IMG/VR virus record: IMGVR_UViG_3300008108_000202
Direction: 5' to 3' (one strand)
DNA length: 64,000 bases
Source of the DNA: an uncultured virus (IMG/VR IMGVR_UViG_3300008108_000202)
Taxonomy: Duplodnaviria; Heunggongvirae; Uroviricota; Caudoviricetes
Made by a program: the position numbers and the translations under genes. Positions 28,034 through 38,181 of the stretch are shown here, piece by piece (the stretch's first letter is position 1; each line of letters starts with the position of its first letter). The notes under the pieces were generated by a model. That model searched no databases. It saw only the letters and a program-made list of their open reading frames with translations, and had not been told where the DNA came from.

Positions 28034-28321
28034 TTAATGGTGTTCATCCCAATACTCCCTTATAACCTTTTCATATTTTTTATCAATAAATTTTTGGAAT
28101 TTATATGTATCAATTAAATCTAATTCACTATAAACACTAATATCATAGAGATTTTTAAAATAACTATGTATTGAATCGGTTATAACATTAACCTCAAATT
28201 CTCTAAAGTTTTTTGATCTATAGTTATATGTCCATTCCTCCAACATCTTAACAAGATAATTTTCAAACACTCCTTTATGAAATCTGCGTTTAAAAAATAT
28301 TGGAATCTCATTACCACTCAT
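28034..28321 (-). CDS. RR-family hypothetical protein
   Basis: IPIFFKRR. Confidence 0.7.
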   Translation of the reverse strand: MSGNEIPIFFKRRFHKGVFENYLVKMLEEWTYNYRSKNFREFEVNVITDSIHSYFKNLYDISVYSELDLIDTYKFQKFIDKKYEKVIREYWDEHH

Positions 28322-28472
28322 ATTAATAAATATGGTTAAAAATAAAAAACCCCACTGATGAGGTGGGGATTACGTTTAAAAGTGTAATATAATACACTAT
28401 TAGATCTTAAATTGATAAAATTCTTTTAAAATGAATTAAAAAGTGTAATATAATACACTTTTTCATAAAATA

Positions 28473-28967
28473 TTATAATTCACCAGTTTCAATATAATAA
28501 TTAAAGATCGTATTAAATATTTTTTTAATATACATTGGGGACATTCTATCCAACCACACATCATATAAGTCGGTGTATTCATCATAGGCATTTCCATCTT
28601 CATCATATTCGTAAATAACAATCACAGCATAACCTTCATCATTAGATATACCAGAATTGGATAAACCAATTTGTTCAATATATGATTTATAAGTTATACC
28701 ATTCTGTTCTTCTTCACCATATAATATATCTAATCCGAATTCATGTAGATGTAATAACCTACTACCATACGCTTCTTCTTTTCTAACGGCATCCTCAATA
28801 AATTGGATCTTATTTCTGTTTGATCCAAAATAATCAGGCATAAGTTTATCAAAAACCTTAAATCCACCCAACGACTTTATTGATTGTATCAAACCCAAAT
28901 CATCAATCATATTTTTAATACGATCAACAATTCCTTTTTTTTGGTTCTCATTTAAAATGATTTTCAT
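28473..28967 (-). CDS. Leader + GG-helix family protein
   Basis: MKIILNENQ; SLGGFK. Confidence 0.75.
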   Translation of the reverse strand: MKIILNENQKKGIVDRIKNMIDDLGLIQSIKSLGGFKVFDKLMPDYFGSNRNKIQFIEDAVRKEEAYGSRLLHLHEFGLDILYGEEEQNGITYKSYIEQIGLSNSGISNDEGYAVIVIYEYDEDGNAYDEYTDLYDVWLDRMSPMYIKKIFNTIFNYYIETGEL

Positions 28968-28979
28968 ATATAATAAATA

Positions 28980-29255
28980 TTACCTGTTTCTTTCCCAGTA
29001 TTCTTTTAACTCCTGATAGAAATTGGTTTTTATGAATTGTATAAATTGATTTCTAACCATAACATATTCTTCTTCAGGTATATTCATTTTTCTAACGATA
29101 TCACTTGAAACATCCCAAGCCAATTCAGTTAAAAAGTTATCAACACTATCAATACGATAAATAGTATGACCTAACAAATATCTATAAATTTTTTCTTCTA
29201 TTTCTCGGTATCTCCTAATGAACTTGGTTTGATTTTCCGTTATAATTATTTTCAT
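28980..29255 (-). CDS. Leader + RR family protein
   Basis: MKIIITENQTKFIRR. Confidence 0.75.
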   Translation of the reverse strand: MKIIITENQTKFIRRYREIEEKIYRYLLGHTIYRIDSVDNFLTELAWDVSSDIVRKMNIPEEEYVMVRNQFIQFIKTNFYQELKEYWERNR

Positions 29256-29548
29256 TTTTTCTTTTTTACTTTATTGTACCCTTTTCTAATCTCCTTATTA
29301 AATTGTCCTGAAACAAAGATCAAAAAATCAATCCTATTATAGTCAATATTTGGGTATCTTTCTTTAAATATTTCCGATACTCTATTAACAACCCACGACT
29401 CATATACCCCAAAGTTATCAGGTCTAATATACGATATATCCGCCTTGATAAATTCTCTTATATCATTAATAACCCTTAGAACAATTTCTTCCAATTCATA
29501 GGTTCTTCTAATCAAACCCAATTGAGCTTCGGTTATGGTAATTTTCAT
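29252..29548 (-). CDS. Leader + RR family protein
   Basis: MKITITEAQLGLIRR. Confidence 0.75.
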   Translation of the reverse strand: MKITITEAQLGLIRRTYELEEIVLRVINDIREFIKADISYIRPDNFGVYESWVVNRVSEIFKERYPNIDYNRIDFLIFVSGQFNKEIRKGYNKVKKKK

Positions 29549-29607
29549 ATTAGATAAATACTTTGTAAAATAAAAAAACCCCACCTGTAAAAGATGGGGT
29601 TATGGGT

Positions 29608-30144
29608 TTAAAATTTTATTTTAGTTTTAATGTGTTCCAGACCTTTTCCTTTTGCTTCAACCCATTTATTTTGACCCTTTAGACTATAATAATATTTTCC
29701 GTTAGATAATTTATAATCGTATGTTCTATCGTTGGTGGTATTTATTTTATCTTGTTGTTTTGACATATCTAACTTCTTTGCCGCAACCGCTCTATCCCAA
29801 CCTTTTTGTTTAATTAGGTTGGAAATTTGACTTAGTCTACTCTGATCCACACCACTTTCTAAGTTGATATCGGACATTTTAAATCCATTTTTTGCTAACC
29901 AAGATTGATATTCACTACTATATTCATTAAAAAAATCATCTCTAATTGATGGATCCTTATATTCCACACCTATTCTTGGTTGATTTTCATCCACAAATTT
30001 AGAAATTAATATTTTTTCCAATTCATTACCACTATTGGTTGATTGTTCAATAATAATATTGGATTTACCATATAAACCCTCATTAATCACACGTCTTACA
30101 ATTCTTGTAAGATCTCTTTCGGTAAGTTTTACTATTTTTTTCAT
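29608..30144 (-). CDS. Leader protein
   Basis: MKKIVKLTERDLTRIVRRVINE. Confidence 0.75.
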   Translation of the reverse strand: MKKIVKLTERDLTRIVRRVINEGLYGKSNIIIEQSTNSGNELEKILISKFVDENQPRIGVEYKDPSIRDDFFNEYSSEYQSWLAKNGFKMSDINLESGVDQSRLSQISNLIKQKGWDRAVAAKKLDMSKQQDKINTTNDRTYDYKLSNGKYYYSLKGQNKWVEAKGKGLEHIKTKIKF

Positions 30145-30165
30145 AATAATGATATTTTTTTCATT

Positions 30166-30519
30166 TTATTTCAATGACCCCCAAAGATCCCCAATAGTTG
30201 GCTCCCAATCATCACCGTCATTATCGTCAAATTCAGAATTGCCCAATAAATCCTGACAAAAAGATATTATTGATCTCAAATAGTTTTTTCTTTCATCATC
30301 AGACATTCCCATTAAATCATATTCAATATCATCAAATATTCCGTGTGTATCCAAAGGAGAATTATCATCCTCATATTGTTCAACCAGTGGGTTAACATTA
30401 CCAAGTTTATTCTCAACCAACCCTTTAAAGTTTTTGATATCCAAGTTCATACCCCCGGTATGTTGTTCTCTTATTGAGTTTTTTTCCTCTTCGGATAAAT
30501 TATTTAATAAATTTTTCAT
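30166..30519 (-). CDS. Acidic hypothetical protein
   Basis: MKNLLNNLSEEEKNSIREQH. Confidence 0.75.
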   Translation of the reverse strand: MKNLLNNLSEEEKNSIREQHTGGMNLDIKNFKGLVENKLGNVNPLVEQYEDDNSPLDTHGIFDDIEYDLMGMSDDERKNYLRSIISFCQDLLGNSEFDDNDGDDWEPTIGDLWGSLK

Positions 30520-30647
30520 AATTATAATTATTTAGTTATAAATATCTCAATTTTTAATAATTATCAATTTAAATATTCTTCTTCGTATTCACTACAATCT
30601 GCATTATCATAATAATCCTCAATTTCCCCACCAAATAATTCCTCCAA

Positions 30648-30727
30648 ATTATCGTCAAATTCAGAATTGCCCAATAAATCCTGACAAAAAGATATTATTG
30701 ATCTCAAATAGTTTTTTCTTTCATCAT
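30648..30727 (-). repeat. 80-bp exact copy of 30220..30299 (gene fragment without start)
   Basis: Direct sequence comparison. Confidence 0.85.
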
Positions 30728-30760
30728 TTAATTACATCTATACTTGTGACATTCAACTAG

Positions 30761-31051
30761 TTAAAAACCGATATCCTCCAACCTATTTTTGATTGCTTTT
30801 AGAACTTTACCTCTCATTTTATTTGACTTGTTCATATTACTCCAATTACTTTGCATCTTTACAAGTTTTTTCATTCCCTCTTCTCCACTACATTTATTTA
30901 TATCAAATAAAATTTCATCAAGGTTTTTTCCCTCAAAAGTTGATATTTTTGATTCACTAAAAATAACATCAGACGTATTCAATTTTTTATTTGAATTTTC
31001 TATTAGGAAGTTCCTAAAATTGTCTATGTGTTGTCTCATTTCTTTACTCAT
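30761..31051 (-). CDS. Hypothetical protein
   Basis: 96-aa ORF. Confidence 0.65.
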   Translation of the reverse strand: MSKEMRQHIDNFRNFLIENSNKKLNTSDVIFSESKISTFEGKNLDEILFDINKCSGEEGMKKLVKMQSNWSNMNKSNKMRGKVLKAIKNRLEDIGF

Positions 31052-31167
31052 AATTTTCTTTTATATATGTTTATTTAATTCTTTCATTACTCGCGAAAAT
31101 TTATTATAACCCAGATTTGCTCAAAAGAATTCTGTAATTCCTCATCATCCATTTCTTCCCAATATCT

Positions 31168-31322
31168 TCAAATATTCCGTGTGTATCCAAAGGAGAATTA
31201 TCATCCTAAGATTGTTCAACCAACCCTTTAAAGTTTTTGATATTTAAGTTCATACCCCCGGTATGTTGTTCTCTTATTGAGTTTTTTTCCTCTTCGGATA
31301 AATTATTTAATAAATTTTTCAT
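31168..31322 (-). pseudogene. Truncated copy of 30166..30519
   Basis: Near-identical 5' part and upstream region, internal deletion between TCAACCA microhomologies, TAG at 31206..31208. Confidence 0.8.
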
Positions 31323-31365
31323 AATATAATTATTTAGTTATAAATATCTCAATTTTTCATAAATA

Positions 31366-31749
31366 TCAAATATCAAGAAATGGAATATCCAATGTCTTAA
31401 CCTTATATACGGCAGCATATTCTTCATCATATTTAACAACGGATTGGACAAGCACATCAATAATCCTATTTACCTCTCCCCCATATTCAGATACGTCATT
31501 ACCTCCGGCTGCTTCATTAAATACAAACATTGGATTCATTAACATCCCTCGCTTAATAAAATCAAAATCAATTGTATATTTGGGAAACATATCACGAAGA
31601 AGTTCAAGATCAATAATAAAGAAAAAATTATGTTTTCTTTCATACGACCATCTTGCAATTGCGATATCTTTTTTATATTCCAAGTCAATAATGAAAGGGT
31701 ACTTCAAATGTACAACTCTAAGTATGTTCTTTAATAATTTTTCGTTCAT
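31366..31749 (-). CDS. YPFI-family hypothetical protein
   Basis: LKYPFIIDL...DMFP. Confidence 0.78.
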   Translation of the reverse strand: MNEKLLKNILRVVHLKYPFIIDLEYKKDIAIARWSYERKHNFFFIIDLELLRDMFPKYTIDFDFIKRGMLMNPMFVFNEAAGGNDVSEYGGEVNRIIDVLVQSVVKYDEEYAAVYKVKTLDIPFLDI

Positions 31750-31750
31750 A

Positions 31751-32107
31751 TTAATTTTTAATTATTGGTCTATACATTCTATATGCGGTTTCATCATATC
31801 TGGTAATAACGCCAATTAAGATATCAATTGTTTTATTCACATCATTACCATAGTCAATCATTGTACCATAATACCTAAATATATGAGATATGTTTGGAAC
31901 CCGAATCTCTTGTTTAATATAGTAATAATCAATCTCTTCATCAGGGAACATATTATGGATTATATCAACGTCAACAACAAAAACAAAATTATGATCCGAT
32001 GTACTATAAAATGGACTATCCTCCATATTATAATATTCTATATCAATAATGAACGGATATCTGGCCTTTGCCACCTTCAATAAGTTATTTAATATTCTTT
32101 CATTCAT
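31751..32107 (-). CDS. YPFI-family hypothetical protein
   Basis: ARYPFIIDI...NMFPD. Confidence 0.78.
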   Translation of the reverse strand: MNERILNNLLKVAKARYPFIIDIEYYNMEDSPFYSTSDHNFVFVVDVDIIHNMFPDEEIDYYYIKQEIRVPNISHIFRYYGTMIDYGNDVNKTIDILIGVITRYDETAYRMYRPIIKN

Positions 32108-32112
32108 ATATC

Positions 32113-32352
32113 TTATGTCTTTACCTTATAAATGGTTCTACGATCCTCATCATATTTGATTATGGTCTGTATTAAAATTTGAATCATATTGTCAACCTCT
32201 CTACCATAACTTTGCGTTTCATCTGATTCAATAAACGCATGGGTGGGGAGAGTAAGAATATTACGATTGTCTTTAATAAAATACTTATCAATTCTATAAT
32301 CAGGAAACATATCATGTAACATCTTAAGATCAAAAGCAAAAATAAAGTTCAT
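32113..32352 (-). CDS. N-terminally truncated YPFI-family protein
   Basis: Starts at the NFIF strand; DMFPD. Confidence 0.65.
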   Translation of the reverse strand: MNFIFAFDLKMLHDMFPDYRIDKYFIKDNRNILTLPTHAFIESDETQSYGREVDNMIQILIQTIIKYDEDRRTIYKVKT

Positions 32353-32471
32353 ATAAAAATAAATATATCCAAATATAGAATAAAAAAATCCGACGAAGTC
32401 GGGAACGGGTTATAAAAAAATATACCAAAAGGCAGAAAATAAAAAACCCCACTCCTGAAGAATGGGGATAT

Positions 32472-32789
32472 TTAATGTTCATATAAGATTCTATATGATT
32501 GATTATCACTAATTGAGGTTATTAACATATTGGTTATTCTATTTAGATCATCACCAAAAGAAAGGTAATCATCAAAGATATGGGAAATGTTGGGAACTCT
32601 AGCGTGACTTACAATATAATTATAATCAAGTTTTTCATCGGGAAACATATTATGAAGAATATCTATGTCAAAATTAAAAATAAACAAATATCTTGGTGTT
32701 CCTATTTTCTCATAAAAATCCAAACCAGTGATAAACGGAAATTTGGATCTGACAACCTTTAATACGGAATTCAATCTTTTTTGATTCAT
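32472..32789 (-). CDS. YPFI-family hypothetical protein
   Basis: SKFPFITGL...NMFPD...RVPNISHIF. Confidence 0.78.
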   Translation of the reverse strand: MNQKRLNSVLKVVRSKFPFITGLDFYEKIGTPRYLFIFNFDIDILHNMFPDEKLDYNYIVSHARVPNISHIFDDYLSFGDDLNRITNMLITSISDNQSYRILYEH

Positions 32790-32882
32790 ATTAGATAAAT
32801 ACTCCAAATTTATGAAAAATTTTTCCAGAATTTTTTTTAGATATAGGGGGATAAATTAGAGAAGGGGGTGATGTTATGGAAA

Positions 32883-33185
32883 TTATGATTTCATTGTTTT
32901 ATAATACTTTTTCATTTCATTATAATATTTCTTTTTTAAATAGGGAACAAGTCCCTGAAAAATTTGTACCAACTCATTTCTATTTCTAAACCAATTGTCA
33001 TCATCAACATCCAGATCTTTATGATCATGTATAAAAGTGCTAATCACACCTAAAACAACTGTATTAAAATAATCCTCAAAAGTATTGCTATGAAACCAAT
33101 TACCTTTAGCTTTATAATGTCGTTTAATCAGTTTATCAATAATCTCCATATCACCGATATTATTTTCGGTGATAATAATTTTCAT
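32883..33185 (-). CDS. Leader + RR-like family protein
   Basis: MKIIITENN. Confidence 0.7.
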   Translation of the reverse strand: MKIIITENNIGDMEIIDKLIKRHYKAKGNWFHSNTFEDYFNTVVLGVISTFIHDHKDLDVDDDNWFRNRNELVQIFQGLVPYLKKKYYNEMKKYYKTMKS

Positions 33186-33344
33186 ATAATATAAATACCC
33201 AAATTTTATGAAAATTTTTTTCAGTATTTGGGGGTCAATTAAAAGAGGGGGTTGTGTTTTACAGATTAGAAGGAGTTTACTTTACATATTATAAAAAAAC
33301 CCCACTGATGAGGGTGGGTCAGTATTAATAATTGTTATTGGAGA

Positions 33345-34007
33345 TTAACCCCCAAATAAACCTGAACCCTTAAATTCGTTATACATCAATTCTATTTTTT
33401 CTTTTTTAAATTTTTCCAACACTTTTTCTATCTTCTCCTTTGAAAACTCACTAATATTATCACAGTAGAAACGTTCATATTTCTTATTGATGTTTTCACA
33501 ATCAATAGAATCATAATTATCCAATACATCTTCTATCATATCAATGTAATGTGTAACCGTAGAAAATCTATCCCCATGGTTCTCCTTAATCATTTTTTTT
33601 GAATCACCAAATTCTATCGCCCCCTTTATAAGACGGGTTATCTTTGTTTTCTCATTATCAGATAACTTTAATCCCGGTTTACCATAAAGTTCCTCCAAAT
33701 AATTAATTCTACCTCTTTTACTAATAATATGAATAAGTAAAATTATTTTATTTATATCGTATGATTCTTTTATCCCAACCATAACGTGGTAATCAGACTT
33801 TTTAAAGAGGTATAAATCCATATCATCGTTTTTTGTCAAATACTCAAAATTGTTTTTAATTAATAAATCATATAATGGTTTATATTCACTTTTACCACTA
33901 TACTCAAATTGAGATGAATCTATTAAGTTATCATATTGACCTTCCTGAATAACCCTCCTAACAATACGAGTTAAATCTGACTCTGTAAGTTTTATTATCT
34001 TTTTCAT
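33345..34007 (-). CDS. Leader protein
   Basis: MKKIIKLTESDLTRIVRRVIQE; start reassigned. Confidence 0.75.
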   Translation of the reverse strand: MKKIIKLTESDLTRIVRRVIQEGQYDNLIDSSQFEYSGKSEYKPLYDLLIKNNFEYLTKNDDMDLYLFKKSDYHVMVGIKESYDINKIILLIHIISKRGRINYLEELYGKPGLKLSDNEKTKITRLIKGAIEFGDSKKMIKENHGDRFSTVTHYIDMIEDVLDNYDSIDCENINKKYERFYCDNISEFSKEKIEKVLEKFKKEKIELMYNEFKGSGLFGG

Positions 34008-34289
34008 ATAAGATAAATATACCCACCCATTAGTATGGGGAAAATAGTTTTCATTTTTTCCCAAAAATTTTTCCAGAATTTTTTTTACGAATACTTTGTT
34101 TAAGGGATTGTCCCCCCTTTTTGACTGTCAGAATGTCATATATGGGGGGCATACGGAGGGGGGGAGGGGTATGATCCCCAATAAGGGGGTATGCCAAGAT
34201 CTGAGGGAGGGGATTATAAGTTATTAACATATGTTGATAAATAATACCTCCCCCCTATCAGTTCACATATGTAAACATAATGATTGGGG

Positions 34290-34676
34290 TTAATTATAAT
34301 ATGAATTAGTATTAATAAATCTAATGGTGTAATGTTCATCACTCCTCTTCACAGAATTTATTAATGCCTCAGCCAATTTAACTATGTTGGTTCCGTACTC
34401 ATATAGTCTCCCATCACAAACATTAAAGTAACCATAGAAGGCTTCAATTGGTAGGTTGGATCCGTCTTCATTATTTTTTAGATATTCAAGATTAACAATT
34501 GCTTCGGGGAACATATCCTCTATCTTTTCTATATCATAATAGAATGTAAAGAAATGGAGACCCTTATCTTTATTGTGACTAAAGTTTATGTATCTATATC
34601 TAATATCAACAATGGATGGATACTTTACCTTCATTAACTTCAGGATCCTGTCTATTATTTTGTCATTAATTTTCAT
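34290..34676 (-). CDS. YPFI-family hypothetical protein
   Basis: VKYPSIVDI...DMFPE. Confidence 0.75.
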   Translation of the reverse strand: MKINDKIIDRILKLMKVKYPSIVDIRYRYINFSHNKDKGLHFFTFYYDIEKIEDMFPEAIVNLEYLKNNEDGSNLPIEAFYGYFNVCDGRLYEYGTNIVKLAEALINSVKRSDEHYTIRFINTNSYYN

Positions 34677-35009
34677 AAGTAATATATAAAAATAAATATA
34701 TTGTTCTTTGGTTATCTCAATTATTATCCGTATATTTGTATTGACACTTGAGGGATCAGTTAAGTCGGGCTGTGGGGAACAACCATTGAAGCTTAATCAG
34801 AGGCAGCCTGCTTTATAAAAATATAAGCACAAGAAATTCCCCATCGTTAATTGGGGATCAAGACATTTTTATTTTGGTTTGGATATCTTCTCAAGCTTTA
34901 CGTGCTACTGCGACTGAATGATTAATTCCCTACGTGGGGAACAAAGACATCTTATAATAAATATATGGTACTACTTGAAAAGATAAAGATTTATTCGTAT
35001 CTTTATTAT

Positions 35010-35177
35010 ATGATTTGGACTACCACACTTATGTTTATTGGAATGTTGTTGTTAATATTCATCCCCATTATTATCTGTAGTGTTATTATCAACTACTTCC
35101 CCAAGTCAAAACTATCTTCATTCATTAGAAAACATATCATTACAGATCAGGATCTTGATCCACCTGCTCAACTTTGA
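35010..35177 (+). CDS. Small membrane protein
   Basis: Hydrophobic N-terminus. Confidence 0.55.
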   Translation: MIWTTTLMFIGMLLLIFIPIIICSVIINYFPKSKLSSFIRKHIITDQDLDPPAQL

Positions 35178-35448
35178 TTCTTGAATGTTCCCTGATTAAC
35201 ATATTCACCTCGTTGAAATCTTTCTCCGATAATCCTCTCTTCTGATAGATGTATTCTATCACATCCCCCATATCACATCCCGTCATAATAATAAAGTTCT
35301 GAACAATTGGTTTGGATACACCCTTCATTATATGTGTCTCAAATATACAAGTTCCACTGTGGGGAAAAGTGGGATGACAGTATGTCAGAGTAATAGTACG
35401 GTTTTCCTTGGTTATCGTACATATAAATTCATCTAATAATTCCTTCAT
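35140..35448 (-). CDS. Hypothetical protein
   Basis: 102-aa ORF. Confidence 0.5.
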   Translation of the reverse strand: MKELLDEFICTITKENRTITLTYCHPTFPHSGTCIFETHIMKGVSKPIVQNFIIMTGCDMGDVIEYIYQKRGLSEKDFNEVNMLIREHSRIKVEQVDQDPDL

Positions 35449-35449
35449 A

Positions 35450-36215
35450 ATTTACATTTGTTAACCCCATCAGTGGGGATTTTTGTTAATAACTTTATGT
35501 TAAAAAACTTGTTTTTGTCAAAATGTCAGTCGTGAGTTAAACACGACACAATCCCCTCACAGGGTTTTAACCTTCCCACTCCTTCCCACAATCAACCAAA
35601 AAAACCTGACAAATTGTACCTGACAATATGTCTGGCGTCAATTTTTCCCCTCTGATGGGGTCAATAAGACCACTTTTTTAACTATATATAAATTCCAGCA
35701 AAAAATATATAGTTATACCTGTAGATCGGTGGACAGTCCTTTAGGACGTTAGGTTAATCTCTTCAACCCGACTAAAAGGAGGTTCAACCCCCACTTTATG
35801 TGGGTTATAGTGTCCCTCACAACATTTCTCCCTTCAATAATAAGACACCTAAACAACATACTAAATAGTTCCTTAAAACTGATTTATTTAAATAATCATT
35901 TATGATCCCCATGGTAAATCACAAACGAACAACATTATATGTTCTTACATATAATTCACCACAAAATAATGAAATTATATGTAAATGAATATAATATAGA
36001 ACAACTTGATCTGTTACTCTATTGTCTTCTGAATAAATGGGGGTAAGTAACGACCTTGTTCATAAGACGAGGGTAAATAACACCCCCTTCATTAAAGATG
36101 GGGAGAACGAAACGAAGTGGGGTGATTTAAAAAAAAGGGGGGATATAAGAGTATAGGATTAAATTATGAATGAGATCCGTAGTGAGTTTACGAACGGTAG
36201 GATGGAATGAATGAT
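35450..36215. other. Long non-coding region, candidate replication origin/packaging region
   Basis: No long ORF; DnaA-box-like 9-mer, TGACA/TGTCA and TGGGG motifs, hairpins. Confidence 0.4.
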
Positions 36216-36216
36216 T

Positions 36217-37050
36217 TTATCCTATAGTCTTCTTATCTATTAACGATAATCTTTCAGTCTCTATATCACAATATTCTTTGGATAACTCTGAACCAATATA
36301 GTTTCTGTTTGTTAGTATACACATTTTTGATGTTGTACCACTTCCCATAAACGGATCATATATTAAATCATTTTCATTTGACCAACTCATTATATGTCTT
36401 CTTACCAATTCTTCAGGGAATATTGCTGGATGTTTAAATGCAATCTTATCATTTGTTGTATTACCACCACCCACATAGAAATCCCATATATTATATTCAG
36501 GAACCATCTCCTTAACAAAGTAATCATTCTCATTAAACTCTCCGTCTTGATTTCTTGAGAACTTTTTCTTTCTATATGTTCTCTTATCATTACATTTATT
36601 ACTTCTCTCCCTGAGTTCTATATTGGTTGTCTTTGGTTTACCTTTTGAGAACACAAACATATACTCAAACATCTGTTGATATCTTGTCCCCGAATTTGGC
36701 ATAGGATTTAATTTCCTATAGATCATTGTGTCGTGAACGTTAAACCCAATCTCCTTAAAATATAATGCTTGCCTAAATGAATTTAATGTTTCGGATCCAT
36801 TAACCATGCTGTCATTTACAACCCACACAACAACTCCACCTTTTTTGGTAACCCTATATAATTCTGTTGATATTTGCTCAAACGGAAATGAATACCCATT
36901 GTGATCATCACTTATTTTTCCCACCCTGTTGTTGTAATTTCTGATTTCATCATATGGTGGCGAAGTTATTGTTAGATCAATAAAATCATTTGGCATTGAT
37001 TTCATTGTAGTTAAACAACTCTCATTATATGTCTTATTGATCTCCATCAT
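36217..37050 (-). CDS. DNA methyltransferase, N4-C/N6-A beta class
   Basis: TSPPY before HPAIFP..DPFMGSGTT; no cognate REase adjacent. Confidence 0.92.
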   Translation of the reverse strand: MMEINKTYNESCLTTMKSMPNDFIDLTITSPPYDEIRNYNNRVGKISDDHNGYSFPFEQISTELYRVTKKGGVVVWVVNDSMVNGSETLNSFRQALYFKEIGFNVHDTMIYRKLNPMPNSGTRYQQMFEYMFVFSKGKPKTTNIELRERSNKCNDKRTYRKKKFSRNQDGEFNENDYFVKEMVPEYNIWDFYVGGGNTTNDKIAFKHPAIFPEELVRRHIMSWSNENDLIYDPFMGSGTTSKMCILTNRNYIGSELSKEYCDIETERLSLIDKKTIG

Positions 37051-37135
37051 TTAATATTTTTTATTGCAATCAGGTCAACCTTATTCTTGTCTTGTGGTAA
37101 GGTACTTCACATATACCCAACCGTTATAAGTAATA

Positions 37136-37327
37136 TTATTTTTGTTCAGATATATTTAATATTGATGAACTATGCTGTTCTCCACAATCAGAACACCAAC
37201 AAACTTGTATTATCATAGACACTTTCCCAAAGTTTTTATCTTTATAAAAATCATTACCACTTTCAATATTTGTCTCTATCATATTAGAAACAACATTTGT
37301 ACTTTTACATTTTTTACATTCAAACAT
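37136..37327 (-). CDS. Small zinc-ribbon protein (cassette 1)
   Basis: CKKC...CSDC. Confidence 0.7.
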   Translation of the reverse strand: MFECKKCKSTNVVSNMIETNIESGNDFYKDKNFGKVSMIIQVCWCSDCGEQHSSSILNISEQK

Positions 37328-37432
37328 AGTTCATTTTTTAATTGTTAAACAAAAATAATACAACTTATAACAAATGATAAACAACATTAAAACGATTGTT
37401 TATCATCGGACGTTATAAACAATAAAAAATTA

Positions 37433-37663
37433 TTATTGTTCTTCATCTACAATAAACCAATTTCCGTTAAAAATATTTAGTTCTCCGTTAGCGTTCTTTT
37501 GGTTAATTATCTCATACCAGTTTGTTGGTAAGTTATCTATAATTTCAATCTCAAACTCAATATTTTCTTTATCAAGCATTAACACTTTATAGTTACCAAA
37601 ATCGTAATTGTACAATAGTGTTCCAATCTCCAATTGATTTATTGTTTCTAATTTCTGTTTCAT
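37433..37663 (-). CDS. Hypothetical protein (cassette 2)
   Basis: 76-aa ORF. Confidence 0.7.
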   Translation of the reverse strand: MKQKLETINQLEIGTLLYNYDFGNYKVLMLDKENIEFEIEIIDNLPTNWYEIINQKNANGELNIFNGNWFIVDEEQ

Positions 37664-37724
37664 AATTTTTTACATGTTTATAACAACAAATATACAAAAA
37701 AAATTCTAATACTATTATAGTTTA

Positions 37725-38180
37725 TTAAATAGTTTGGTGATAATATTTTATATAATAGTTAATAACCATATCATATATTTCTGAAATTACCTCATCAGAT
37801 AATTCGTCGTATCCCATATATCGTCCAGCTGTAACTTGTTCCCGTTCCCGTCCACCATAATAATATACTGAAACATAATGAGAAAATAACCCTTCTATTT
37901 GACTAAGTGTTTCATCAGTATCTGTTAATACTATTGGGGTTTCGTACATATCATATAGAATTAAAATGTTATTATCATCGTGATTATATACAAGATCACT
38001 TATAATTTTTATTTTTAATCGTTTGGTTAGTGAATCATCCCCTATTATATCAAGTATTCTTTTTATCCCACCGAAGATCTTTGTTGCGGTAATGAATCCA
38101 GCATCATTAATGGTTTTTATTACCATCCTTTGTTTCGGATTGGTTTCTTCCCTTAATATATGTCTAATTCTTTCTTTCAT
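37725..38180 (-). CDS. MKERIRHILREE leader + GG-helix protein
   Basis: Shared leader and IFGGIK. Confidence 0.8.
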   Translation of the reverse strand: MKERIRHILREETNPKQRMVIKTINDAGFITATKIFGGIKRILDIIGDDSLTKRLKIKIISDLVYNHDDNNILILYDMYETPIVLTDTDETLSQIEGLFSHYVSVYYYGGREREQVTAGRYMGYDELSDEVISEIYDMVINYYIKYYHQTI

Positions 38181-38181
38181 A

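Larger units (their letters stand above)
37123..37684 (+). mobile_element. Two integron-like gene cassettes
   Basis: Cassette ends are mutual reverse complements; attC-like hairpin at 37363..37421. Confidence 0.6.

Noticed and set aside
30166..31357. Diversity-generating retroelement TR/VR pair
   Set aside because: Differences are not adenine-specific and no reverse transcriptase is present.
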